From: Octopus vulgaris | Taxonomy: Eukaryota | Reading direction: 5' to 3' | DNA: 64,000 bases | NCBI GenBank assembly: GCA_951406725.2 | Contig: OX597839.1 | Location: 34,782,001-34,846,000, forward strand | Shown: one piece after another, positions 11,571 through 25,083 of the stretch | How positions within the stretch are numbered: position 1 is the stretch's first letter | Layout of the letters: each line of letters opens with the position of its first letter | Position numbers and translations under genes: made by a program | Notes under the pieces: model-generated | The model's database searches: none | What the model was told of the DNA's origin: nothing | What the model saw: the letters and a program-made list of their open reading frames with translations, nothing else

Positions 11571-12624
11571 CTGAAAAGAAAATAATAAAAGACATTTAAT
11601 GCTTTTAAATTGATTGGTTTTTCTTGAAACAGACACAAACTGTTCTTTAACTGTCGGGGTTAACAGGAATATATATATATATTACGGAGATGTACTCACA
11701 TAGCAAGTAATTTGATCTGAGATCGTGTGCTGAAACGAAAACAATTGCAGCGTGGAAGGTGTTTATAAGCCATTTAAGAAACACACAAAAGCCGTTCGAT
11801 TCACTTCAACATTTAAGTTTAATTTGTCAAAATATTTTCGTCGCTAAAATCCGTGACCTGTTCACTGACAAAGTCCGTGCTGCATCTCATGCAGCACGGA
11901 CTTTGTCAGTGAACAGGTCACGGATTTTAGCGACGAAAATATTTTGACAAATTAAACTTAAATGTTGAAGTGAATCGAACGGCTTTTGTGTGTTTCTTAA
12001 ATGGCTTATAAACACCTTCCACGCTGCAATTGTATATATATATCAATACCGTTCTATTTTTAAGAGATGACGAATTATATACATTATTTCAATTTGACGG
12101 ACATTTGTCCTCATCTTGTTTGTTGTTAACACAATATTTCGGCTGATATACCCTCCAGCCTTCATCAGGTGTCTTGGGGGAAATTTCGAACCTGGGTTCT
12201 CATTCCTAAGGTATTTTTTGTTGTTGTTGTTGTTGTTATTCAGGTCACTGCCTGGAATCGAACTTGGAATCTTGGGGTTAGTTGCCCGCGCTCTTAACCA
12301 ATACGCCATATTCGATTCCAGGCAGTGACCTGAATGATAATAATAACAATAACCTTAGGAATGAGAACCCATGTTTGAAATTTCCCCAAGACACCTGATG
12401 AAGGCTGGAGGGTATATCAGCCGAAACATGTTAACAACAAACAAGATGAAGACAAATATCCGTCAAATGTAAATAATGTAAAATATATATATATATATAC
12501 ACACACACACATATATATATATATATACACATATACATATATATGTATGTGTGTATATATATATATATAATGTACATATTTAACAAACGTTACAACAATG
12601 TATATATATATATATATATGTCTG

Positions 12625-12656
<32 letters not shown>

Positions 12657-15600
12657 TTTAGGTATATGTGTGTATATATATATATATACATATACATATA
12701 ATGTACATATTTAACGAACGTTACAACAAAACAAATGGTCTGGACATAGTTTAAGAAACAGAATTAAAACGAAAATAAGTGCTGGGATCGAATAGTTCGA
12801 CCAAGTCTGTCAATCCGGTGCTCCAGCATGGCCGCAGTCCCATGGGTAAAAGAAGTAAGAGATTAGAGGAGAATCGGAATACAAACAAGAATATAAAATA
12901 ATAGTTCGATAAATAATATTTGCGGAAAGCATTCAAGGGGGACACAACTCTATCACTACAGAAATTAGTTTTAATAGTAGTGGTAGAGTTCTCTCCCTTG
13001 AGCATTACGTAACGTTTTGTTCATTTTAAACCTTTCATCGCCGATATTGAAGAAGAGGAATGAAAAAAACTCCTCACTGAGACGAAATAAGAATCTGGTT
13101 TTACCTGAAATCCAACTTGTTGCACTTCATGAGCTCTGATAACGTGTGACAAGTTGTTCCGGTGGAGAAAAGACTTTAGTGCCGAACAGCTGAAGACATG
13201 AGCCGTACCGCGACGAACGTTTCGAGAAAAGCCATGGTTTTCCTTCAGGCTTTGCAGCATTTCTGGTGTGATTTGATCCAGTCTGTGAATGGTGAATAAA
13301 AGAAGATGAACGAAGTGGTATATTGATTGATCTACGACGAAGTGCTATGAGTGTTCAATCTAAATTGAATACCCTCCATCAGGCATTTGCCATATTCTGA
13401 ACGCCTTACTTCTTCCCTGGCCATGGACACATTGAAACTCCGACGTCTGGCAGCTAACTTGGCAGACACCCATAAAATTATCAACCATCTTACGAACAAT
13501 AACTCTGAGCACCTTTCCAAACTCCACCCGGCAGACACCCATAAAGTTATTAACCATCTTACAAACAATAACTCTGAGCACCTTTTCAAACTCCACCCGT
13601 CTAACACCCGTGGACATATTTACAGAGTCAGAAAACAGCACAGTCCCATGACTTCAGGAAACATTTTTTCACGCTGAGAGTTGCTGAAGCATGGAACAAA
13701 CTGCCGGCTGTTAGTTGTCGGAGCACTGCATCCTTCAAAACTTCCATGCTTCCTGAGATTCGCCAACACTACACCTGATCTTGTCTTCCCCTCCATACAC
13801 ACGCAAGCATCTATCTGACTCATACATTGTTCGCTTTCCAGACATTTGTACATTACTGCATATACTTTATACGTACGTTCTGACAAGTTGTGGTGCACCT
13901 GAGCACTGTATACAATAATTTCATTATATGCAATAATAATAATGGTTTCAAATTTTGCCACAAGGGCAATAATTTTGGAGGAGGGGACGAGTCGATATAT
14001 CGACCCCAGTATGTAACTGGTACTAATTTTATCGACCCTGAAAGGATGAAAGGCAAAGTCGACCTCAGCGGAATTTGAATTCAGAACGAAACAACAGGCG
14101 AAATACCGCTAAGCGCTTTGTCCAGTGGCATTTTTGTCCATCTTCGTGTTCTGACTTCAAATTCTGTCAGATTGCATCCTGATAAAAAAAACTGCACTAC
14201 ACAACACCAAGGTTAACGATGGTCTTTTCTTCAACCACAAAATATATTTCTTTACTACCCACAGGGGGCTAAACACAGAGGGGACAAACAAGGACAGACA
14301 AACGGATTAAGTCGATTACATCGACCCCAGTGCGTAACTGGTACTTAATTTATCGACCCCGAAAGGATGAAAGGCAAAGTCAACCTCGGCGGAATTTGAA
14401 CTCAACGTAGCGGCAGACGAAATACGGCTAGGCTTTTCGTCCGGTGTGCTAACGTTTCTGCCAGCTCGCCGCCTTTTAAATAGCAGAAAAGTAGCCACAA
14501 AATAGCAGACGGCCTACTGGTCCCTGGCCACTTTATCATAAGTTAGTGCCAAGAATGCACACCAAAGAGTTGAAGAGACAACAAGGCACCAGGGCTGGAC
14601 GACATATAAGCCATCACCTCTGGAAGCCAGCCTTCCACAAACATCGGTCATTAGATTTCTGTGATGAGAGCAATAGAGGAAACGAACCAAGAGACTTCTC
14701 GAAGCCTTGAATTATGCATTGCTGAGTGGTAAGAAGCTTGCTTCCCAATCACAAGGTACCAGGTTCCGTCCCACTGTGTGGCACCTTGGGCAAGTGTCTT
14801 TCACTATAGCCTTGGGCTGACCAAAACCTTGTGAGTGGATTTGGTAGATGGAAACTGAAGGAAGCCTGTTATGTATATGTGTGTGTGTATGTATAAATGA
14901 ATGTGTCAGTGTTTGTTCCCTATTACTGCTTGACAACTTGTGTTGGTATGTTTACGTCCCCGTGACTTAGCAGTTTGGCAAAAAGCGTTGATAGAATAAG
15001 TACTGGAGTTGATTCGCTCGACTGAAAATTCTTGAAGGCAGTGGTGCCCCAGCATGGTCGCATTTCAGTGACTGAAACGAAGAAGAGAATAAAAGAATTC
15101 CAAAGAAAGGCATTGTTTGTCTCAGAACTGTCTAAGGAACACACTCCCACTTCTCCCCTTTGAGAAGAAAGAAGGGAGGGAGGCAGGACAGAAGAAAGGA
15201 AGGAAGAGGGACAAAAGGAATGAATGAAAGAAGGAAGGAAGGAATGAAAGGGAAGAAAGAAGGAATGAAAGAAAGAAGGAAGGAAAGAATGAAAGGGAAG
15301 AGAGGGAGAAAGGAATGAAAGGGAATAAGGAAGGAAGGACAGAAGAAAGGAAGGAAGAGGGGCAAAAGAAAGGAAGGAAGGAAGAGAGGAAAAAGAAAGG
15401 AAGGAAGGAGGGAATGAAAAGGAAGAAGAAAGGAAGAGGGGCAAAAGAAAGGAAGGAAGGAATGAAAGAGAAGAAGGAAGGAAAGAATGAAAGGGAAGAG
15501 AGGGAGAAAGGAAAGAAAGAAGGAAGGAATGAAAGGGAAGAGAGGTAGAAAGGAAGAGAAGTAAAAAAAGAAAGAGAGGAGGAAAGGAAAATAGAGAAGG

Positions 15601-17666
15601 AAGGAAGAGTTTGTGGTGAGGATGGTGGTTACTCACCCGATTGGATCGTTCCACATGAGTTCCCAGGCGAGAGGACTTTCCTCTTCGGGGTTGGGCAAAG
15701 GCACAGGAATGCTGTTGATGATCTCCATTTTGCCGTTGCCGTGGACAGGACTTGGGATCCCACCATGGGTGCAGAAGATCTGGCGCAAAAGAGGGAGCAC
15801 AATGAGTAACGGAAACAAACAAACAAACAAACAAAAGTGTTTTGGGAACGGGAGAGGGTGGAGGGAGGGGTCAATGATAAAAAAAAAATTGTGCTGGGAG
15901 TTAGGGGTCAGTGGTGATGGTCAGTTGAGTAAAATGTAACAGTAAAAGTGGTGGGCATGGGCGGGTGGTTAAAAAGCTTGTTTTGCGGCCACATGGTTTT
16001 TGGGTTCAGTCCCACTATGTGGCGCCTTGAGCAAGTGTCTTCCACTGTAAACCCGGGGCCAACCAAAGCCTTGTGAGTGGATCTCGTGTATGAAAACTGT
16101 GTTGAAGCCCATTGTATAATATGTGTGTGTGTGTCTTTATGTCTGTGTTTGTCATCACCCTCGCTATTTGATAACCGGTGATGGTTCGTTTACATCCCCA
16201 CCATGACTTAGTGGTTCAGCAAAAGAGACTGATGGAATAAGCACCACACTTAAAAAGATAAATGGTAGGAGTGAGGGCATTTCACCCTTTCCAGGTCGAT
16301 AAATTAAGTACCAGCAAAACACTGGGGGCAATGTAATCAACTAGACCCCCCCACCCCACAAATTTCAGGCCTTGTGCCTTTAGTAGAAAGGATTATTTTA
16401 CTTGGGAACAGTTGAGGGTTGGCAACAGGAAGAGCATCTGGTTGTAGAAAATCTACCTCAACAGATTTCATCTTGAGTGTAAGGGCTTACTCTAAGTGTT
16501 GAGTCTTGTCTTAAGTGCAAGGTTTTACTTGAAGTGGAGCGTCTTGCCTTAAGTAGAATATCTTACCTCTCACCTTTAGCACTCAGATTAATTATTCACA
16601 TTGTTTTCAATTAATCATGTTTTATCTCATAGCTTTGAGAATTCAATGATGTGATTGTTTATTTTTAGAATGACATTGTAGGATAGGTGTGAGAGCCCAG
16701 ATCTGTCCTGTTTGCACATAAAACAGGTAGAATATTTGGACCCTGGATATGACTGGGTTAAACACATGTTTCTGACATAACCATGAAGCTTAAAAGACTT
16801 AAGGCAGAGACATTAGAACTTCTGATATCCATGTCTTTCCTACATGGCATTAGCAAGATTTAGTGATGTGACATGTTTGTCAAATGGCAAAATAAACCAA
16901 AGTTGAAACCCTAATCCTTATTAAACCACTTAACCTTTCAGTATTCAGATTACTCTCTGTCAAATGTTAAGATCATTTATTCATATTGTTTGGAATTAAT
17001 CCTGTTATTCTCAAAGCTCTGAGAATTCAACAATGTGATTGTTTATTTTTAAAATGACATTGTAGGGTAGGTGTGAGAGGTCAGACCTGATTGGTTTGAA
17101 TATAAAACAGATTGGATATTTTGGCCAAAATATGGCTAGATTAAAACCTAAAAGGTTAAGTTTAGGGTCTTAAGTGAAGGGCCTTGCCTTAAGTGTAGGG
17201 TCTTTATGCGTAGAGTCTTACCTTTCCATCAATGACAGCAGACAGAGGCATACAGTCAAAGCATTCATTGATTGCTGCCCAGATCTTTTCTCCAACAGAA
17301 GTACCAAATTTGGTAAGACACTCACTGCAACGGGACGAGATGGAATAACAATTATTGGAGACACCAATTGGAGATTTACTGAAAATACGACGAGTGATGG
17401 TGTTGGTGATTTTGATGGTGGTGGTCATCATCATCATCATTATCGCTATCATCAACATTTAATATCCGTTTTCCATGCTGGCATGGGTTGGACAGCTTGA
17501 CAGGAACTGGCAAGACCAGGGGCTGCACCAGGCTCCAACTGTCCGCTTTGGCAGGGGGTTCTACAGCTGGATGCCCTTCCTGACACCAACCACTTTACAG
17601 AATGGATTGGGTGCTTTTTACGTGGTGCCAGCACCACCATTATCAATTTAATCTCTACCACCAAAC

Positions 17667-17702
<36 letters not shown>

Positions 17703-20700
17703 ACAGGCTTCTTTCAGTTTCCATCTTCCAAATCCACTCACAAGTCATCATCATCATCAACAACAACAACATTTAATGTTCGTTATCCATGTTGGCATGG
17801 GTTGGACGGTTTGACCAGGGCTGGCAAGGCTGGAAAGCTGCACCAGACTCCAGTCTGATTTGGCATGGTTTCTATGGCTGGATGCCCTTCCTAATGCCAA
17901 CCACTCTGAGAGTGTAAATGTTTGTCAATTGTTATAGATCTATTTTAACCGATGTGTGAAAACCGATGGGTAAAAACCAACTGAAACGGATGAAAACAAC
18001 TGGTTTCAATTTACAGATTTTGAGTTTATTGAGTCTGTTATTTTATTTCTGTTAATCACAAAGAAACCCCGTAAGAACTGAAGACCCACCCGAGATACTC
18101 ACAGTTTGAAACTGAAAACCTCCTGGATGTTACGAGTTTCGTGGTTGCCTCGAAGTAGATAGAATTTATTCGGAGAGAGGAGTTTTTGCGCAAATAAGTA
18201 CGACACGACCTGTGGGCAGGAGAAAATAGCAACGAACTTACTGCATGCAGCGCAAAGGTGCACTAAAACTCATCAGCAAAAAAACACAAACAAAACTGCA
18301 TGAACAGTAACACAAAATATGCATAGGAAATGCACAGAGAAAAAGTCTTTAAAAGGGGGGGGCCGGAATTCGATGTGGCATTGATGAATTTCAGGAAGCA
18401 TGGAAGTTTTGAAGGCTGCAAATGTTCAAACAGCTAATATCTTACTTCTTTACTGCCCAAAAGGGGCTACACAGAGCGTTGACCCTTCCAGCATACGACA
18501 GCTCAGTGACAACTAGTTTTAAATCTCTTTGTAACTACCTGACCCCTAACCTCTTGCCTGCTCTCTGAAGCGTCACCAGTTCAATCCCCACCCAGTCCAG
18601 CCTCTCATACCCCCTACATTCTGAACCTACCCAACAGGAGTTCAATTCCCATCATCTCCACAAGGGGCTACACAAACGGATTAAGTCGATAATATCGACC
18701 TCAGTGCGTAACTGGTACTTATTTAATCGACCCCCGAAAGGATGAAAGGCAAAGCCGACCGTGGCAGAATTTGAACTCAGAACGTAGTGGCAGACGAAAT
18801 ACTGCTAAGCATTTCGCCCGGCGTGCTAACGGTTCTGCCAGTTCGCCACCTTTAATAATAATAAATGATAATAATAATAATAATAATAATAATCCTTTGT
18901 TATAGGCACAAGGCCTGGTGTTTGTGGGATGGGGGAGGGAGCAGTTGATTAGATCGACCCGAGTACACAACTGGTATTTAATTTATCGACCCCCACAAAA
19001 GGATGAAAGGCAAAGTCGACCTCAGAGGAATTTGGACTCAGAACATAAAGACAGACGAAATACCACTAAGCATTTTGCCCAGCATGCTAACATTTCTGCC
19101 AGCTCGCTGCCTTAATAATCTTTTCTACTCTAGGCACAAGGCCTGAAATTTTGGGAGAGGTGGGGTCCAGTCAATTAGATCAACTCCAGTACACAACTGG
19201 TACTTAATTTATCAACCCCCACAAAAGGATGAAAGGCAAAGTCGACCGTGGCGAAATTCGAACTCAGAACCTAGTGGCAGACAAAATACTGCTAAGCATT
19301 TTGCCCGATGTGCTAACGTTTCTGCCAGTTCGCTGCTCTCAGCTAATATCTGATGCAGGTAGTTTATTCCATGCTTCAGTAATTCTGAGCGTGAAAAAGA
19401 TGTTTTTGAAAGCTATGGATGCTGCATTGTTTTTTGATTTTGCAAGCATTTACGCAAGTGTTAGACATGTGGAGTTCAAAAAAGGTACCCCAGGTCGTTG
19501 TTGGAAAGCTGATGGTAGATAATCTTGTGGGTGCCTACCAAGTGTGTCGCCAGATGTTTGAGCTTTTATGTGTCCATGTCGAAGGAAGCAAGACGTTCAG
19601 AATATGGTGGATGCCTGAAGGCAGGTATTGGTCTGGTTGCACGTTTCTGATCGGTCTCCAGAAGATTGATATACTGAGCAAGATTGGGTGTCAGGGGATG
19701 CAAACTCTAAGTGTGGACGTATCTTAGCCATATACAGCTTTAAATTGAAAGCTGAAGAGCGACTGATAAAGATCTTACTGAGTGATGCTAAGATACCCTC
19801 AGCCTTCTCAACAATCTTAGAGACGTGGTTTGTCCAACGCAAATCGCTGTTGACAATAATGTCAAAGTCATGTTCACTAGCAGACTTCTTCAGGTTGGTG
19901 TTGTAGAAGGACTATGTAAAAGCTTGGTTTCCTTTCTCAAAAGATAAGAAAAACCTTAAAAGATGAAACGTTTTGCAAATAATGCTTATCTTTTAGCCAT
20001 TTTCTAACCATTTTTCTCTTGAAATCCACTGCTTTTGTTTCAATTAATTTTGACAATTATGAAGAATTTAGCAAAATAACTTTGTCATTATTAAGCTGGT
20101 GTTTTGGGGCATAAAACGAATATATATTTATGCGTGTGTGTGTGTGTAGTATATTTACGTGACTTTACGTGACCAACCAGGCCATCAGATGTTGTTACAC
20201 ATTGCTGGTCACAATGCGTTCGCATTGTTTTAGCCTTCGAATGACACCACCCCGCTGGCTAAGCGAGCAGGCCAACAGAAGAAAGAGTGGGAGAAAGAGT
20301 GGTGAAAGAGTACAGCAGGGATCACCACCCCCTGCCGGAGCCTCGTGGAGCTTTTAGGTGTTTTCGCTCAATAAACACTCACAACGCCCGGTCTGGGAAT
20401 CGAAACCGCGATCCTGCGACCGCGAGTCCACTGCCCTAACCACTAGGCCATTGCGCCTCCGTGTGTAGTATATATTGTATTCAAAGAAGAGAAAATATAG
20501 TAATCTTACCTCAATGCCGTGTTCTCCTCTGTCCACATAGTCTCCAAGGAACAAAAAAGAAGCTGGTGTCAAAAGTGGGCCCATACGCCACAAGGACTTC
20601 TCAAAGGACACTAAGTCCCTGTAGTTGCCATGGATATCTCCTGAAAGTAAAGAAAGACTGGACTTCACTAACAACTTACCCTGACAATTGCTTTTTAAGC

Positions 20701-23700
20701 TTAAATTCATCACTATACTTTCCTGCATGTGTTGAGTGCGTTTCTGCGAGAGTGTGTGTGTGCAAGTGTGTTTATATGTGTGCCAATTATTTTTAACCCT
20801 TTCGTTACCCTATTTCTGTTGAGATGCTCTGTGTTTCTTTCAATTAATTTTAAATATAACAAAGAATTTAGTGAAATAAACTTAGTTATCATTCAACTAG
20901 TGTTAGGAACATTGGGACTGAATCCAGAACCATGTGGTTGGAAAGCAAGCTTCTTACCACACAGCCACGCCTATACATATGTGTGTGTGTGTTTGTTTGT
21001 TTGTTTACATCCCCCAATTGCTTGTATGAAAATGCAGCAGGTAGTTGGTGTTGTTATCAGTTTCTCCGGTCAACAAATCATCTGGTCCCTTCATCCTATC
21101 ATAGCCACAGGAAACAAAGGACCCATTACTCACAAAACAAGTAAGGGTTAGCAACAGCATCAGGAAGGGCATCCAGCTGTGAAACAACACCTCAAATAAC
21201 ATACTTCCCCAACCCATGCAAACACGGAAAAGAACAGGTGGCACGTAAAAAGCACCATCTTATCGTGGCCGTTTGCCAGCTTCGCCTGGCCTCCGTGCTG
21301 GTGGCACGTAAAAAGCACCATGCGATTGTGGCCATTTGCCAGCCTCGCCTGGCCTCCGTGCTGGTGGCACGTAAAAAGCACCATCCTATTGTGGCCGTAG
21401 CCAGCCTTGCCTCGCCTCCGTGCTGGTGGCATGTAAAAAGCACCATCCAATCGTGGCCATTTGCCAGCCTAGCCTGGCCTCCGTGCTGGTGGCACGTAAA
21501 AAGCACCATCCTATCGTGACCGTTTGCCAGCCTCATCTGGCACCTGCCAGTGGCACATAAAAAGCACCCACTACACTCATGGAGTGGTTGGCATTAGGAA
21601 GGGCATCCAGCCGTAGAAACACTGCCAGATCAGACTGGGCCTGGTGCAGCCTTCTGGCTTCTCAGACCCCAGTTGAACCCTCCAACCCATGCTAGCATGG
21701 AAAGCGGACGTTAAATAATGATGATGATGATGATGAACCTGGTTTTCTTTGAATGATGGGCTGAAAATATTGTTGTAGATTATACAAACCTAGGATGTAG
21801 GTGGGAGACTTTAACGATAAAAGCCTCGGCTCACTCTTAAGAATTTCTTTTATCTGAGAACAAAGGATGAGTAAACACTTGGCGAAGGCGTTGTAATCGA
21901 CGGCGCCCCATGAAAAGGCCTCCTGTAAGAGAAATGGATGAACAGATTAGAAAGATGTGTGTGTCTGGTTGGAGAAAAGAGAGGAGAGAGCTATGAGAGA
22001 GGCAATAGGGGACCAGAGAATTTGTTTGTTTGTTCCTTCTCGAGGCATACCTGGCTCATAAGGGCAGTTTTACGGTTTCCTTGGCATATAGGTTCCCCAC
22101 CTGGACAGGACGCCGGTCCATCACAATGTGAATAACAAGCAAAAATGTGAAAACTCATAGTGAAAGGCGCAGGAGTGGCTGTGTGGTAAGTGGCTTGCTT
22201 ACGAACCACATGGTTCTGGGTTCAGTCCCACTGCATGGCACCTTGGGTGAGTATCTTCTACTATAGCCTCGGGCCGACCAAAGCCTTGTGAGTGGATTTG
22301 GTAGACAGAAACTCAAAGAAGCCCGTTGTATATATGTATATATATATATGTGTATGTGCGTGTTTGTGTGTCTGTGTTTGTCCCCCCAACATCGCTTGAT
22401 AACCGATGCTGGTGTGTTTACGTCCCCGTAACTTAGCAGTTCGGCAAAAAGAGACCGATAAAATAAGTACTGGGGTTGATTTGCTCCATTAAAGGCGGTG
22501 CTCCAGCATGGCCACAGTCACATGACTGAAACAAGTAATAGAGTAAAGAGAGAGTAACTGGAACACTTTCGATAATAGGCCTGTTTGTTCAGGGCTGCCC
22601 TGGGACAATGTCCCAAGAGCATCTGGTCGCAATGTTTTAGGAAACCTACCTTACTCTCTTTGGTGATTGTAGCAATTTTCTCTCTTTCAAAATATCGCAG
22701 ACCAGTGAGCATCTCATTGGGGTGTGAACGCTGAAATGGAAACATCACTTGGTAAGTAACAGGCATTTAACATACAAAAAAGAGGTTGACAGAATAAGTG
22801 GTAGTCTTTGAAGGAGTCGTACCCAATGACTGGTGATGTCTTGTAAACAACTTGCACATGCAAGTACTATCAGTCAAAAGCTCCGTATACCGGAAGCCAG
22901 CAAGTGTATGGGGTCATCAGGAGAGAATGCGCGCTGTTTCGGGGCCTACCTCTCGACAGCATCAATGCGCACCAGCCCCCTTCACTGATATGAGGCCCCG
23001 CTTGCTAGATCAGCTGGTTATGAAGTTAAACTCAATATCCTTCTAGCCATCACTCATCGTCTCTTTTTAACCAAATCCAGTGGCTAGCCTTCTCCACTGT
23101 AGATTGTCAACTGCTACAAAGGTAAAATTGATGCTTTAGATAGAAATAACTATAGGGGTATCAATTTATTGGATCAGGTGATGAAAGTTACACAGACGGT
23201 CACAGTCCAACAATTAGGGAGGAAGATAGCCTAGATGAGAAGCAGTTTGGCTTTGTCACCACTGATGCTTTATATTTCTGGTAAGGCAACTGCAGGAGGA
23301 ATATCTAGCCAAAGATAAACCTCTGTACTTGGCTTTTGTTGACTTAGAGAAAGCCTTTGACAGGGTTCCGCAATCCCTTAGCTGGTGGTCAATGCGGAAA
23401 CTGGGGATAGACGAGTGGTTGGTAAGAGCTGTACAAGCCCTGTACAGGAATGCTGTCAGTAAGGTGAGGGTTGGCAACAAGTATAGTGAAAAATTCACTA
23501 GTGCTCACTCCAAACACCATGATGTTGATTGGATGTTTGATTTTTTTCTCTCTCCGTAGAAGCCCTCAGATTGCTACCCAAACACTCTGAAATGTTCGTA
23601 TCAGAGCTTCCGGTGTGAATGCCAAGCAGTACAGCATGTTGTTTCTAAATTTCTGGTAGAGTGAATTGTGTCATGGTGCTGTTTTTCTCACAGACAGTGC

Positions 23701-23798
23701 CCAACAGACCCTACTATACTGTGTAGTCGACAAAATCAAAAACAATCAATGCACATGCACGAAATTAAAATTATAAAATGGCGACAATTTACCCTCAC

Positions 23799-23848
<50 letters not shown>

Positions 23849-24135
23849 AATTAATTAAGGGTAGAAATTGATATTAGTCAATTAAAACCAGTGGTCTAGC
23901 ATATTAAAAAGAATCCGAAGATTAAAATATTTATATATACCAATTAAGGACTGAACACGAAAAGTGGACAGTCAACATGCTAGATATAGACGTCAAATCG
24001 CCATTCTCCACAAAGATTATGTTCTCAAACAAAACTGAGTTTTATTTGAGAACATAATCTTTGTGGAGAATGGCGATTTGACGTCTATATCTAGCATGTT
24101 GACTGTCTACTTTTCGTGTTCAGTCCTTAATTGGT

Positions 24136-24166
<31 letters not shown>

Positions 24167-24967
24167 CATACACACACACAACATGCTTCTTTCAGTTTCT
24201 GTTTGCCAATTCCACTCACAAGGCTTTGGTCAGCCTGCGACTATAGAAGACACTTGTCCAAAGTGCCACACTGTGGGACTGAACCCTGAATCATGTGGTT
24301 GGGAAACGGACTTCTTACCACTCACCCAAACCTGTTCCATACACACACACACAGACAAAGGATTCCACACAGTTTCTGTTTACCAAATTCACTGACAAGG
24401 TAACGGTTGGCTTGTGGAGTAGAAGACGTTCGGCCAAGGTGCCAGTGCAGTGGAACTGAACCCAAAACTCCATGGCTGTTAAGCAGGCTTCTTAACCACA
24501 TGCCCATATATGGAGGGAAAACGCTGCTAATTTATTCAGATTTGTGTCGTGTTACCTGATTGAAAGAATCAACTGAAGACATTCTCTGGAACCTCGTCAT
24601 GTCCCCTTCTAAATGGATTGTGGATGAGGCACTCACAGCTTCTGTCCCTGTTGTTTACAAAGAAATTCAAGAAATCAAAATTAAACAAAAATACATTCAA
24701 CACAAAATGTCTTCTGGCTGTTCATTCTGTCTTGGTTTTCCTCACACACACACACACACACACACATACACACACACACACACACACAAACACATACACA
24801 CACATAAGCACACACACACATACACACACACATAAGCACACACACACATACACACACATAAGCACACACAAACACACACACACAAACACACACACACACA
24901 CACACACAAACACATACACACACAAACACAAACACACACACACAAACACACACATACATACACACAA

Positions 24968-24999
<32 letters not shown>

Positions 25000-25033
25000 A
25001 TACACACACAAACACACACACACACATACACAC

Positions 25034-25083
<50 letters not shown>

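Noticed and set aside
14923-15834. 303-aa ORF
   Set aside because: Mostly a GA-rich simple repeat and a SINE. The real exon 17 lies within it in another frame.
20385-20460. tRNA gene (also 4115-4187 and 12243-12310)
   Set aside because: A and B boxes are present but the acceptor stems are poor and each continues into a repeat body, so these are SINE heads.
11445-21922. Naming the gene PP1, calcineurin A or PPEF/rdgC
   Set aside because: Domain order, the SSSRY loop and the absence of C-terminal regulatory regions fit none of them, so no symbol was assigned.
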